Shown here piece after piece: positions 37,590 through 51,305 of a DNA stretch of 64,000 nucleotides (the first letter of the stretch is position 1; every line of letters begins with the position of its first letter). The stretch is from Octopus sinensis (taxonomy: Eukaryota). The translations under genes and the position numbers were made by a program. The notes beneath the pieces were generated by a model. It was not told the origin of the DNA and ran no database searches. It was given only the letters and a program-made list of their open reading frames with translations. The stretch lies in assembly GCF_006345805.1 (NCBI RefSeq), contig NC_043012.1, positions 56,978,001 to 57,042,000 of the forward strand, given 5' to 3'.

Positions 37590-38227
37590 AATTATGACAA
37601 GACGAATGATGACGAAAAAAATGGCGAAGAAGAAGAAAATGAAATGAAAAAAAAAAGGCAAACGAAAATACGAAAATGGAAAAAAAAAGAAAAAAAATAG
37701 GAAGGTAAAATATGGAAAATGAAGAATGAGAAAATAAAGAGATAAAAAGAAGCAGAAAGTAAAAAAAAAATAGGAGAAAATGAAAAAGATAGAGAAAGAA
37801 TATAGAAGAACGAGAAGGAAAATGAAGAAAAGGAGGTAAGATAAGGAAGTATTAGAAATACAGACCAGAGGAACCGAATGTCAATAGAAGTGTTTGGTGC
37901 TTGTTTTTGGTGATGTTTGGTAAATTTCTAATTGATGACAGTTGCTAAGTTGGATTAACTCTTGGGATAATGAAATGTGTTGGTATGTTGTTGAGGGTGG
38001 AAGGTGACTTTAGAGTGAAGAGAATGTGAGGGGCTGAGAAAGAGAGACAGAATGTGAAAGAGGTAGTGTGTTAGACTTTTTTTTATTGTGGTAATATATA
38101 TAAAGATAGAGAAAAAGTGGAGCGGGGTGAAAGAGCGTATCTAGTCTTTATTCTGAAGAAGGGAGATAATGTAGAGGCAAATATGCCAGTCGCAGAATTG
38201 CGAATGAAAAGTCGAGTGAAGGAGTGA

Positions 38228-38464
38228 TATAGATGGGAGGAGAAGAGAGAGGAGAGAGAGGAGAGAGAGAAGGAGAGAGAGAAAGAGAGAGAGAAGGAGA
38301 GAGAGAGAAAGAGAGAGAAGGAGAGAGAGAAAGAGAGAGAGAAAGAGAGAGGGGAGAGAGAAAGAGAGAGAGAAGGAGAGAGAGAAAGAGAGTGAAGGAG
38401 AGATAGAAAGAGAGAGAGAGAGAAAGAGAGAGAGAGAAAGAAAGAGAGAGAAGGAGAGAGAGAA

Positions 38465-38495
<31 letters not shown>

Positions 38496-38591
38496 AAGAG
38501 AGAGAGAGAAGGAGAGAGAGACAGAGAGAGAGAGAAAGAGAGAGAGAGAAGGAGAGATAGAGAAAGAGAAGGAGAGATAGAGAAAGAGAAG

Positions 38592-38627
<36 letters not shown>
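38228..38627. repeat. Purine-only GA-rich low-complexity array (gagaga/aaga/agga units)
   Basis: Direct reading. Produces the 297-aa LS-repeat ORF. Confidence 0.95.
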
Positions 38628-39501
38628 ATGTGAATAGTGTTGGAGATGGTACAAATTGTATGGGAGGTGTATGTGTAGTGTGGAGATTGGATGATATGAA
38701 AGGGAAGTGTAAACTGGGGGCTAAGTTTGCAGCAAGGAAAAGTCTCGGTTGAAATGGACGAGGCGTCAGACGAGCAAAAGAAAAACATGCAATAACACAG
38801 ACAAAACAAGATGGAAGGCAAAGAGAATGGGCCCACAGTCTTGACTACAGTATCAGCTGGATGCGAGGACGGTGAAGACAGGAAAAGAAAATCTGGACTC
38901 AAATAGTGATCAGAATTGTAAAGACATGATTGCATACAGAAGAAAGTGTTGTAGTCTATAGAAAGACATAGGAAGCGTGAAGAGGGTAGAAATAATTGCT
39001 TTAGATACAAGAGTAGCAGTTTTGAGTGGAGCAAACAGATCGATATAATCGAACCCTTTACTTGACTGTTGCTTTATTTTATCGGCCCCGAAAGGACGAA
39101 AGGCAAGGTTGACATCAGCGGGATTTGAACTCAGAACGTAAAGAACCAGAAGAAACACGGTTAAGCATTTTTCCTGATGTTCTAAAAATTATGTCAATCC
39201 ACAACCCTAAATAATAATGATTTCAAATTTTGGCTCAAGGCCAGCAATTTCGGGGTAGGGAGTAAGTCGATTACATGCTCAACTAGTACCTATTTTATTG
39301 ACCCTGAAAAGATGGAAGGCAAAATCAACCTGAACGGAACTCGTATTCAAAACGTAAACACGGAAAAAATGCCACAAAGCATTTTGTCCGGCGTGCTAAC
39401 GATCCTGGCAGCTTGCCGTCTTGTGCCTAAATGATAATTAGCAAGACCCGTGGAAACTTCACGACTCAAGTCAGTATATTTGAAAACATTATATTAAATG
39501 T

Positions 39502-39552
<51 letters not shown>

Positions 39553-39809
39553 CCCCCTCTCTCTCTCCCCCTCCCTTCTCTATATGTTTCTCCATTAGAG
39601 CTATTACCTCCCTTGGCCTAAGCGCAACACACGGACAAAACAGCCAGATGCGGAGACAGAATCATAGTTGTTTCTCATCCGTTATGGAGACAAGGCCTGA
39701 TATTTTTTTAGGGAAAAGGGGTTCGTTGAACACATTGATCCCAGTTATCAGGTGGTACTTATTTCTTTCGAGGTGTCGACGCCGAAAGAACGAAAGGTCC
39801 AGTTGACCC

Positions 39810-40118
39810 CGGAGCATGGCTCAGTGGTTAGGATATCTGGCTCGCGATGGTAGGGTCGTGAGTTCGATTCCTGGCAGCGTGTTGTGTTCTTGAGCAAGAC
39901 ATTTGATTTCTAGTTGCTCCAAGTACACTCTGCTGGCAGAAATGAGCTGCACCTGTAATTCAAAGGGCCAGCCTTGTCACACTCGGTGTGTCACGGTGAA
40001 TTTCTCTGATTAAGGGTATGCGTTTCTTTGAAGAGCTCAGCCACTTTCACGTTAATTTCACGAGCAGGCTGTTCCGCTGATCGAACCATCTGGAACAACA
40101 CTCGTCGTCGTAACCGAC
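39810..40118 (+). mobile_element. tRNA-headed SINE, family C
   Basis: ggctcagtggttagg...gagttcgattcc boxes, gttgtgttcttgagcaagac core, tail ...cacgttaatttcacgagcaggctgttccg... Confidence 0.7.
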
Positions 40119-40131
40119 TGAGAGCCGGGCC

Positions 40132-40165
<34 letters not shown>

Positions 40166-40188
40166 TAATAATAATAATAATAATAATA

Positions 40189-40240
<52 letters not shown>

Positions 40241-41193
40241 CCTTTTTACTAAAGGCACAAGGCCTGGAATTTGTGGGTATGGGACTAGTCGATTACATCG
40301 ACGCCAGTATTTCACTTGGTGCTAATTTTATCGACCCCGAAAGGACGAACGGCAAAGTCGACTTCAGTGGAATTTGAACCCAGAACGTGAAGACGGACGA
40401 AATGCCGCTAAGCATTTTGTCCGGCGTGCTAGACACAAGGCCAAAAATTTTAAGGAGAGGGGGAGCAGTTAATAACATCGACCACCGTATTTGAGAGATT
40501 ATTTATTTCATCGACCGCGAAAGGATTAAAAGCAGAGTTGACTTCGGCAGGATTTGAGCACAGAGCATAAAAAAATGTTGTTTCCAACGCTCTAACAACT
40601 CTGTCAGGTCACCGCCTCATTGGGTGGAGCTTAAAAAAAAATATATATACAACAGTTGACAGCTACAATATTTATTGGTGTTGCACGTGAGACGGAATAG
40701 TACGATGATTCATATGTACAAATTGCAGATAAGAAATGTGACTAAACCATAGAATGATAAAAATACAACAGAAACCCCCCAAGAAAACAAGACCTACATG
40801 AACTGCGCAGCAGGAGGGCACGCTAATTATGTAGCGTTATATATGCAATGTATACACAAACTGCATAAAGCAAAATGCGATCACGTAGTATGGATACACA
40901 AACATATACGTATAATTATATATAACGCAAGACAAACCATATACATACGTACGTGCATGCATACATACATACATACATACATACATACTACATACATACA
41001 TACATACATACATACATACACACATATAAACGCACACATGCACACACATACACACGCAAACACATTGTATCTTGGGACGGTCATTACGGTAGTAATATTA
41101 AATATACGCACCGGTTTAATTTCACTCCTTTGTTGTGTAAGCACAAGATCACATGAGGAATTTTGCAAACCAAAAACGAAATATACATACACT

Positions 41194-41236
<43 letters not shown>

Positions 41237-41377
41237 TTATTTATTTATATTTATATACATACATACACACACACATACATACATATATATATATACACAC
41301 ATATATGTATCTGATTACCCAAATTGAATTGATATTTCTCTCTCTCTCTCATCTCTCTCTCCTCTCCTCTCTCTACA

Positions 41378-41477
41378 NNNNNNNNNNNNNNNNNNNNNNN
41401 NNNNNNNNNNNNNNNNNNNNNNNNNNNNNNNNNNNNNNNNNNNNNNNNNNNNNNNNNNNNNNNNNNNNNNNNNNNNN
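41378..41477. other. Scaffold gap, 100 N
   Basis: Direct reading. Confidence 1.
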
Positions 41478-42249
41478 TATCTGTAGTAGTAGTAGTAGTA
41501 GCAGTAGTAGTACAAATGGGAGTAGTAGAAGCAGCAGCTTTAGTCATTTTTATTTTAGCTCAGACATGATTAAGGTAACCTAATTTCAAAGGTATTCTAA
41601 CCATTAAAATCCTGTCTTTTTGTTAATTGAAGGAGGCTTGGCACTAGTTCTAGCATGTTGAGTGACTACATAGCATAAGAATGAAAGTAATTTTAAGGAA
41701 TGCACTCAAAATCTATTCAAATAAACTGATATTGCCCTCAAATTTCGAAATGCATAAAAATACAGCAATCGGTCATAGACTCATGTCATATAGTAATTAT
41801 ACATACTCTTCTACTTGTTTCACTCATTTGACTGTGGCCATGCTGGAGCACCGCCTTAAGTCGAACAAATCGGCCCCAGGACTTATTCTTTGTAAGCCTA
41901 GTACTTATTCTATTGGTCTCTTTTGCTGAACCGCTAATTTACGGGGATGTAAACACACCACCATCGGTTGTCAAGCTATGTTGGGGAGAACAAACACAAA
42001 CACATAAACACTCACACAAGTATACATATATATATATATATACGACGGGCTTCTTTCAGTTTCCATCTACCAAATCCACTCACAAGGTTTTGGTTGGCCC
42101 GAGGCTATAGTAGAAGACACTTGCCCAAGGTGCCATGCAGTGGGAATGAACCCGGAACCATGTGGTTGGTAAGCAAACTACTTACCTCACAGCTTCTCCT
42201 GCACCTATATAAAAAATGAAATATGCAGCATGTTGACAGAGCAGCTAAC

Positions 42250-42678
42250 TGGCTTCCATGCCAGTGGCACATAAAAAGCACCATTCGCGTGTTATCGTTA
42301 CCAGCATCGCCTTACTAGCACTTGTGCCTGTGCTAGTAGGGTGCCGAGAGCACCATCCGAGTGTGATTGTTGCCACAGGGCACCATTCATGCATGAACGT
42401 TACCAGCGCAGCCTTACTGGCACCTGTGCCGGTAGCACGTGTAAAAAGATTCGAGCGAGGTCATTGCCAGTACCGCCTGACTGGCCTCCGTGCAGATGGC
42501 ATGTAAAAAGCACTCACTACACTCTCGGAGTGGTTGGCGTTAGGAAGGGCATCCAGCTGTAGAAACTCTGCCAGATCAAGATTGGAGCCCGGTGCAGCCA
42601 TCTGGTTTGCCAGCCCTCAGTCAAAATCGTCCAACCTGTGCTAGCATGGAAAGCGGACGTTAAACGATGATGATGATG
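42250..42678 (+). mobile_element. RTE-X-like 3' UTR fragment with internal tandem units
   Basis: ...ttaggaagggcatccagctgtagaaac...ggacgttaaacgatgatgatg tail. Confidence 0.7.
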
Positions 42679-43189
42679 TGAATTTTGTGCGCAGAAACTG
42701 TGTGGAAGCAATCTTTGTGGCTGAGTATAATATATATATGAATATATGTGTGTGTGTTTGTGTGTATGAGCACAGGTGTAGCTGTGTGGTAAGAAGTTTG
42801 CTTCCCAACCATATGCTTCTAGGTTCAGTCCCACAGGGTGGAACATTAGAGCAAATGTCTTCTACTATAGCTTCGGGCACAAGTGAAGCCTTATAAGTGG
42901 ATTTGGTAGAGAGAATCTGAAAGAAGCACAGTGTGTGTATGTGTGTGAGAGAGAGAGAGAGAGAGAGAGTATTTGTTTATTCACCATAAGGTTGAGAAAA
43001 AGAGGGGACAAAACAAACGTTGGGGTCAGGGTATCGAATGAGACGAAACGTATGAATAAACAAACAATTAAAATCTATACAATTAAATGAGAATGAGTGA
43101 ATAACAAAAAATGAAGCAGAGGACGCAGTTGACCCCACAAACCCCATACTCACACTGAAGACTTTGCTTTCTCCTTTTTTACATTCTCA

Positions 43190-43400
43190 ATTAAACAGGT
43201 TCTTTCACTCGCAACATATTTGCTATAGACTTCCATCTTTTACGAAACACACTTTGCGACAGGCATTTCTTCTCCAGCCTTATTTTCCGTTTCATGTGGA
43301 AAACGAAAAAGTTGATTAGCTGGAGACTGGAGATAAACATGCCTGTTGCAATTCCTTTTAATCTCGTCTTCTTTCGCCATAGCAACTACCGAGAGAAAAC
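43190..43400 (-). pseudogene. Possible L1/Tx1-like LINE C-terminal remnant
   Basis: ORF 43191-43385 QLINFFVFHMKRKIRLEKKCLSQSVFRKRW..IA resembles Tx1 C-termini. Recognition from memory only. Confidence 0.35.
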
Positions 43401-43852
43401 AGGCTCGCTCCTCCCTAAGAGTCCGTGTATCTCTTTTTGTCCTCCACCACAACTGGTGTTTGTTTGCTTATGTGTATGTAACTTAGCAGTTCGACAAAAT
43501 AACCAACAGAATGAGAACCAGGGTTAAATAAAAAATATTGGAGTCAATTCATTTGCCTAAAATCTCTTCAAGATGGTGCCCCAGTATGGCCACAGTCTAA
43601 CGACTGAAGCAAATGTATATATATATATATAAATATGAGGTAACAAACAAAGGAAAAAATTCCTTCAACGGCATGTGTAAAATATCCAATTCACTTGTGG
43701 TTGAATACCACATAAATATGGGTATAATGCAAATTACATATAATAAATTAAATAGAGAGTTACAAATGACAATCAAATAATTTATTTATATCATAATATA
43801 ACATAATATACTATGAATATAATATAAGAAACAATCATTTAAAAAAACAAAA

Positions 43853-43937
43853 TAGCCAACAATTTGTTTCGACTTATATACATTTTTTAATATATAAACA
43901 ATTCAATTCCCTTATATATAAGCCTCATCAGGGCAAC
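43853..43937 (-). ncRNA. Type I hammerhead ribozyme with long AU-rich stem II
   Basis: Minus strand: ttgcc CTGATGA ggcttatatat...gtatataagtc GAAA c aaatt GTT ggc. Stem I gcc/ggc. A partial inverted copy lies at 44524-44608. Confidence 0.7.
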
Positions 43938-44179
43938 TGGTGTGTAGAAAGACTTCTTCAGTGTTATGTGTCATGTTTTCAATATTTTGAAGAATTGTAT
44001 TATTCGGAAGTGAAATATTTTCAGTCTCGCATCACTGCGTCTTGTTCCATCATTTCGCTCGCTTTCTCTTTTTTATTCTACACGCTGGCATTCATTATTG
44101 TTAGGCCCTCAAAAGCGGCGAGCTGGTAGAATCGTTAGGATGCTGCACAAATATATTAGCAGTATTTCTTCCGGTGAAG

Positions 44180-44511
44180 GTGTATGGTTCAGTGGTTAAA
44201 GCGTCGATCTTACGACCATGAGGTTGTGAGTTCGAGTCCCAGACCGGGCTGCATGTTGTGTTCTAGAGCAAGACACTTTATTTCGCGTTGCTCCACTTCA
44301 CTCAGCTGTAGAAATGAGTTGCGACGTCACAGGTGCCAAGCTGTATCAGCCCCTTTGCCTTTCCCTTGGATAACACTGGTGGCGTGAAGAGGGGAGGTCA
44401 GTATGCATGGGCGACTGCCAGTCTTCCATAAACAACCTTGCCCGGACTCGTGCCTCGGAGGGTAACTTTCCAGGGGCAATCCCACGGTCAGTCATGACCG
44501 AAAGGGGTCTC
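44180..44511 (+). mobile_element. tRNA-headed SINE, family D
   Basis: tggttcagtggttaaagcg...gagttcgagtccc boxes, CORE-like segment, distinct tail ...catgaccgaaaggggtc. Confidence 0.7.
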
Positions 44512-44612
44512 AATTCAAATTCAATAAGGGAATTGAATCGTTTGTATATTAAAAAATGTATATAAGTCGAAACAAATTGTTGGCTGTTTTGTTTTTTCAA
44601 ATAATTGTTAGT

Positions 44613-45063
44613 TACTCTTTTACTCTTTTACTTGTTTCAGTCATTTGACTGCGGCCATGCTGGAGCACCGCCTTTAATCGAGCAACTCGACCCCGGGACT
44701 TATTCTCTTGTAAGCCTAGTACTTATTCTATCGCTCTCTTTTGCCAAACCGCTAAGTAACGGGGACATAAACACACCAGCATCGGTTGTCAAGTAATGCT
44801 AGGGGGACAAACACAGACACACAAACGCACACACATACACACACACACACATATATATACATATATATATGTATATATATACATATATATACATATATAC
44901 GACGAGCCTCTTTCAGTTTCCGTCTACCAAATCCACTCACAAGGCTTTGGTCGGCCCGAGGCTATAGTAGAAGACACTTGCCCAAGGTGCCATGCAGTGG
45001 GACTGAACCTGGAACCATGTGGCTGGTTAGCAAGCTACTTACCACACAGCCACTCCTGCACCT
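44613..45063 (-). mobile_element. Full-length family-B SINE (others at about 41805-42205, 45767-46211 and 46265-46725)
   Basis: A box tggctgtgtgg, B box ggttcagtccc, internal (TA/CA)n, (agagtaaa)n tail. Confidence 0.9.
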
Positions 45064-45164
45064 ATATTATATTATATTCATAGTATATTATGTTATAATG
45101 TAAATAGATAATTGGATTGTCCTTTGTACAGCTTTCCTCATCCATTCATAGTACATGACCATAC

Positions 45165-45757
45165 CAATGAGAGACGTTTGCGTTGGTATGGTCATATACT
45201 GTGGATGGATGAGGAGAGCTGTGAAGAAGTGCCACTCCCAAATAGTGGCAGGAATCCAGGGTAGAGGGAGACCCAAGAAGACATAGGATGAGGTGGTGAA
45301 GCATGACCTTCAAATATTAAGCCTCACAGAGGCAATGACAAAAGACCGAGACCTCTGGAGGTATGCTGTGACTGAGAAGACCCCGCAAATAAAGTGAATC
45401 TTCAGTTGTAACCTACACCAGTGTTGCATAGCCAGCCCACTCAAAAGTACCTTGGATCGTAGAATGACATGCCATTCTTGAGGTGACCTATTGAGTCAAG
45501 TAGATCAACATCAAATCAAATGGAAATTGTAGTTGTGAGCCCGTGCTGGTAGCACGTAAAAAGCACCATCCAAATGTGGCCAATGCCAGTGCCGCTTTGA
45601 CTGGCTTCCGTGCTGGTGGCATGTAAAAGGCACCCACTACACTCTTGGAGTGGTTGGTGTTAGGAAGGACATCCAGCTGTAGAAACACTGCCAGGTCAGA
45701 TTGGGGCCTAGTGCAGCCTCCTGGTTAAACGATGATGATGATGATGATGATGATGAT
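45165..45757 (+). mobile_element. RTE-X-like LINE 3' end: ORF terminus plus long 3' UTR
   Basis: ERRLRWYGHIL...GRGRPKKT*DEVVKHDL...DRDLWRYAV, then the tandem-unit UTR and (GAT)n. An inverted related piece lies at about 45119-45165. Confidence 0.8.
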
Positions 45758-45983
45758 TGATATTACTCTTTACTCTTTTACTTGTTTCGGTCATTTGACT
45801 GCGGCCATGCTGGAGCACCGCCTTTAACTGTGCAACTCGACCCCGGGACTTATTCTTTTGTAAGCCCAGTACTTATTCTATCAGGCTCTTTTGCCGAACC
45901 GCTAAGTAACGGGGACATAAACACACCAGCATCGCTTGTCAAGCAATGCTAGGGGGACAAACACAGACACACAAACACACACA

Positions 45984-46047
<64 letters not shown>

Positions 46048-46209
46048 TACGATGGGCTTCTTTCAGTTTCCGTCTACCAAATCCACTCACAAGGCTTTGG
46101 TTGGCCCGAGGCTATAGTAGAAGAAACTTGCTCAAGGTGCCACGCAGTGGGACTGAACCCGGAACCATGTAGTTGGTAAACAAGTACTTACCACACAGCC
46201 ACTCCTGCA

Positions 46210-46252
<43 letters not shown>

Positions 46253-47404
46253 GCACCTTCTGTCTGTTATTTTTTACTTGTTTCAATTATTGAACTGCAA
46301 TGATACTGGGGCAGTGACCTGAAGGGGTCAGTCAAATAAATCAACCCCATTACTTATTTTCAAGCCTGGGACTTATTCTTTTGTAAGCCTAGTACTTATT
46401 CTATCGGTCTCTTTTGCCAAACCGCTAAGTAACGGGGACATAAACACACCAGCATCGATTGTCAAGCAATGCTAGGGGGACAAACACAGACACACAAACG
46501 CACACACATACACACACACACACATATATATACATATATATATGTATATATATACATATATACGACGAGCCTCTTTCAGTTTCCGTCTACCAAATCCACT
46601 CACAAGGCTTTGGCCGGCTTGAGGCTATAGTAGAAGACACTTGCCCAAGGTGCCACGCAGTGGGACTGAACCTGGAACCATGTGGTTGGTTAGCAAGCTA
46701 CTTACCACACAACCACTCCTGCACCTATATTATATTATATTCATAGTATATTATGTTAGAATGTAAATAGATAATTGGATTGTCCTTTGTACAGCTTTCC
46801 TCAGCCATTCATAGTACATGACCATACTTTACTTGGTATTATACTAGGCTACACAGGTTTCTTATTTCTTTATTGCCCACAAGGGGCTAAACATAGAGGG
46901 GACAAACAAGGACAGACAAACGGATTAAGTCGATTACATTGACTCCAGTGCGTAACTGGTACTTAATTTATCGACCCCGAAAGGATGAAAGGCAAAGTCG
47001 ACCTCGGCAGAATTTGAACTCAGTACGTAATGACAGATGAAATACCGCTAAGCATTTTGTGTGGCGCGCTAACATTTCTGCTAGCTTGCCACCTTGCTAA
47101 ACAGTCATCTCACAGGTACAATTTAGGCTGTGAAGCTCTTAAATTTTGTTACTAATCAGCATATATTCACTGAAAATTAAATTAAAAGTGTGTATTTTTA
47201 TTAATATAAAAACATTTAAGATCAACACTAATTAAATTTCAAATAAAATGCCTAAGAACATAACTAAGAAAATCACAAAATTCACTGAGCAAAATATCAA
47301 CACAATCTTTCAGTATTTGATCTAACTTAGGTTTTGTTTTTGACTTCTAAAAGTGTATTATTAGTTTGAAAAAAAAAATTAAGATCACAGTTATATGATG
47401 ATAT

Positions 47405-47690
47405 GTGGAGGCACAATGGCCCAGTAGTTAGGGCAGTGGAGTCGCAGTTTCGATTCCCAGACCGGGCGTTGTGTGTGTTTATTGAGCAAAAACATCTAAA
47501 GCTCCACGAGGTTCCAGCAGGGGGTGGCGGCGACCCCTGTTGTACTCTTTTGCCCCAACTTTCTCTCACTCTCTCTTCCTGTTTCTTGAGTAATGCTGCG
47601 ATGGACTGGCATCCTGTCCAGCAGGGGGGGGGGGGGACACATATGCCATAGAAACCGGGAAACTGGCTAGGCTTGAAAAGGGTATATAAA
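47405..47690 (+). mobile_element. tRNA-headed SINE with V-domain-like motif
   Basis: gctgcgatggactggcatcctgtccag. Tail shared with 18535-18781. Confidence 0.65.
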
Positions 47691-48267
47691 TAAAATAAAT
47701 AGAATATATGATGATATAGTAAGGATAAAATACCTGTAAGAAAAATTAGCTTTAGTTTAGGAATTTTAAATTAATTTAAACATACAACTTCTCACAACAA
47801 AAATGAACACGTGACTGTGCTGTCAAAGCTGTCACACACCCATTGTTATTAATTTTTTGCCTTTTCCCCATTATTCTATGATATGCCTGGTACTATATTA
47901 TGATACAATGAGCTGAGTTGCACAGTGCTATTTCAGGATACATGCCAATTTCAAGCAGAGGTATAACAAAAATTTTCCACTATGATTTATGATTAAATTA
48001 ATAAGTAAGATCAATGTTCATAATGAATTTACCATTTTCGATGATGGTGCAGCGCACACCTAGAACATCCAGGATATACACCCCTGCTCAGTACGTTCTT
48101 TCTACCAACCATGGCCAGATGTTTCCCTCATGCATGTTTGGATGCTGAAGAATTTAACAAAGTTTTCATTCCAACTTCTGCATAATCTTTCATTTCATTT
48201 CTTCTGTATGTGGTGTCCACTCTGTCAATTTGCTATTCCATTTATTGTCCTTTCTTTAAAACACATA

Positions 48268-49070
48268 TCATCATCATTGTTTAATGCCCGCTTTCCATGC
48301 TAGCATGGGTTGGACGATTTTGACTGTGGGCTGGCGAACCAGATTGCTGCCCCAGGCTCCAGTCTTGATCTGGCAGAGTTTCTACAGCTGCATGCCATTC
48401 CTAATGCCAACAACTCCGAGAGTGTAGTGGGTGCTTTTTATGTGCTACCTGCATGGAGGCCAGTCAGGCGGTACTGGCAATGACCCTGCTCAAATCTTGT
48501 ACACATGCCACCGGCACAGGTGCCAGTAAGGCAACGCTGGTAATGATCACGCACGAATGGTTCCCTCTAGCAATGATCACGCTCGGATGGTGCTCTTGGC
48601 ATCCTACTAGCACGGGTACAAGTGCCAGTAAGGCGACGTTGGTAACGATCACACTCGAATGGTGCCTTTTATGTACCACTGGCATGGAAGCCGGTTAGCC
48701 GCTCTAACATCTGCTTTCCATGCTGGCATGGGTTGGACGATTTGACTGAGGACTGGCGATCCAGATGGCTGCACCAGGTTCCAATCTTGATCTGGTAGAG
48801 TTTCTACAGCTGGATGCCCTTCCTAATGCCAACCACTTTGAGACTGTAGTGTGTGCTTTTACGTGCCACCAGCACGAGGGCCAGTCAGGCGGTACTAGCA
48901 ATGGCCACACTCAAATGGCGTTTTTTTCATGCCACCTGCACAGGAGCCAGTCCAGCGGCACTGGCAACGACCTCACTCAAATGTTTTTTCATATGCCACC
49001 GGCACAAGTGCCAGTAAGGGGACGCTGGTAACAATCACACTCGAATGGTGCTTTTTACGTCCCTACCAAA
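48268..49070 (-). mobile_element. Two tandem RTE-X-like 3' UTR copies
   Basis: The terminal block ctttccatgctagcatgggttggacg begins at about 48291 and again at about 48714. Confidence 0.75.
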
Positions 49071-49094
49071 AAAACCATTTCAGAATTTTTTTTT

Positions 49095-49345
49095 TTCCAG
49101 GTAATATCTGTTAAATCTGTTGCTGCTCTTATCCTGTTGATTCTCCACTTATCCATTTTTGTTAATCTTTAGCGTTCTCCTTTCCATGGTTCTTTGTGTT
49201 GATCTTAATTTATTTTCAAAACTTTTGCTGGTAGTCTATGTTACCATAAGCAAAACACACTGGCTGAAGACCTTTCCTTTTGAGCATAGCAAAATTACTG
49301 CTTATGATTTGATTCAATGTACCAAAAGCTGCACATCCCCATAGT
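49095..49345 (-). pseudogene. Degraded RTE-type RT C-terminus
   Basis: Minus-strand remnants W(G)CAAFGTL...KRKVF.QCV...TQRTMERR...RIRAATDLTDI. Confidence 0.6.
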
Positions 49346-50267
49346 ATTTGTTGTCCACTTTCTTTAGGTATGAGACTAAACTGCATTCTGCTGCCAAGTC
49401 ATGTCAAGTTATTGTAGCAGAGTAGACTCATCAAACCAGTGTGGTCTTGAACCTGAAGTCAAGGCCTCCAGTTCTCAGCAGCACTTTTGATATAAACCAT
49501 CAAATTAGGAATTTTTAATGACCAAAGTGGCATAGATGCTGTCTTCAGATCGAGATTGGTACTTTGTTTTAAAAATAAACAAAATTTAATATGAAGAAGT
49601 GATTAGGCACATCTGTGGTTATAGGTGCAGGTGTTGCTGTGGGGTTGACTATGTGGTCTCAGGTTCAATCCCACAGGGTGTCGCATTGTGCAAGTGTCTT
49701 GTACTTTGGTCCTGGGCCAACCAAAACCTTGTGAGTGGATTTGGTTAACAGAAACTGAAAGAAACCTGCGTATCTACCTACCTGTCTGCCCCCCCCACCC
49801 GACCTACTTGCTTATCAACGTACCTGCCTGCGCACATATGGTTGTGATGCATGTGCCCAGTGTATCCTTATCAGACGGATAGTCATGATGGGTATACTGG
49901 GCTTTGTATATTTTACCCCAGTGTTACTTTGATGGCATGCACCACTATCTCACTCAATAATAATAATAATAATAATAATAATCCTTTCTACAATAGGCGC
50001 AAGATATCAGATTTGTTGGGAGGGACCAGTCGATTACATCAACCCCATTACTTGAGTAGTACTTAATTTATCAACGTTAACAGGATGAAAGGCAAAGTGA
50101 ACCTTGGTGGAGTTTGAACTCGGAATGTAGCGATGGGTGAAATCAATGAACAGTAATGACATGTTTGCAGGGTGAAAGCAAAAGATTGCCGATAAACGTT
50201 AGAAAAGCAATTCCTTCCTTTTCGCGTGCTGTGTTCAGCTCTAACTTGTTCTTTGTAAGCCTAGTAC

Positions 50268-50958
50268 ATCATCGTCGTTTAACGTCCGCTTTCCATGCTA
50301 GCATGGACGATTTTGACTGAGGGCTGGCAAACCAGATGGTCTTACCAGTCTCCAATCATGATATGGCAGAGTTTCTACAGCTGGATGCCCTTCCTAACAC
50401 CAACCACTCCGAGAGTGTAGTGGAAGCTTTTTATGTGACACCGGCATGGGGGCCAGTCAGGCAGTTCTGGCAACGACCTCGCTTGAGTCTTTTTACACAT
50501 GCCACCAGCACAGGTGCCAGTAAGGTGGCATTGGTAACGATCATGCTTGAATGGTGCCCTTTTACGTGCCACTGGCATGGAAGTCAGTTGGCTGCTCTGG
50601 CAACGATCACACTTGGATGGTGCTCTTGGCACCCTACTAGCATGGGCACAAGTGCCAGTAAGGCGACGCTGGTAACGATCACACTCGTATGGTGCTCTTT
50701 GCACCCTGCCAGCATGGACGCCAGTCATCAAATTTGATTTTGATTTTGCTTTTGATTGGTTTGATTTGATTTTACTTGCCTCAACACGTCTTCACAAGCA
50801 GAGTTTTAGTGACCAAAGAAGGAAAGGTTATGCACAAGTGGGCTGGTTACGCCCCTGGCATAGGCCATGAGATTATGGTTTCATTTGGTTTGCCAAGTCT
50901 TCTCATGCACGGCATATTTCCAAGGGTCTCGGTCACTAGTCATTTCCTTGGTGAGGCC
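50268..50958 (-). mobile_element. RTE-X-like LINE 3' end
   Basis: KHDLRTSGLTKEMTSDRDPWKYAVHEKTWQTK* followed by the same UTR family. Confidence 0.8.
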
Positions 50959-50978
50959 TGAAGTTCGAAGGTCGTGCT

Positions 50979-51038
<60 letters not shown>

Positions 51039-51100
51039 ACTGCGTGTGTATTGTTGGCGATTTTCTTTTTCTGTCTTCCCTTCCTTGGACCTTTCCTCTT

Positions 51101-51140
51101 TCTGCTTCTGATGAAGAGCTCCACTCGAAACTTTAAATCC
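51101..51140 (+). ncRNA. Minimal hammerhead-like motif, imperfect
   Basis: CTGATGA (51108-51114) agag ctcca ctc GAAAC tttaaatcc. Stem I is poor. Confidence 0.35.
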
Positions 51141-51227
51141 TCCTCCTTTCTTTCCTTCCAAATAACACTATACTTGTTCCCCGTCCTTGCGTTGTTGTGT
51201 TTTCTCTTTGTTCATGTTCGGATTAAC

Positions 51228-51305
<78 letters not shown>

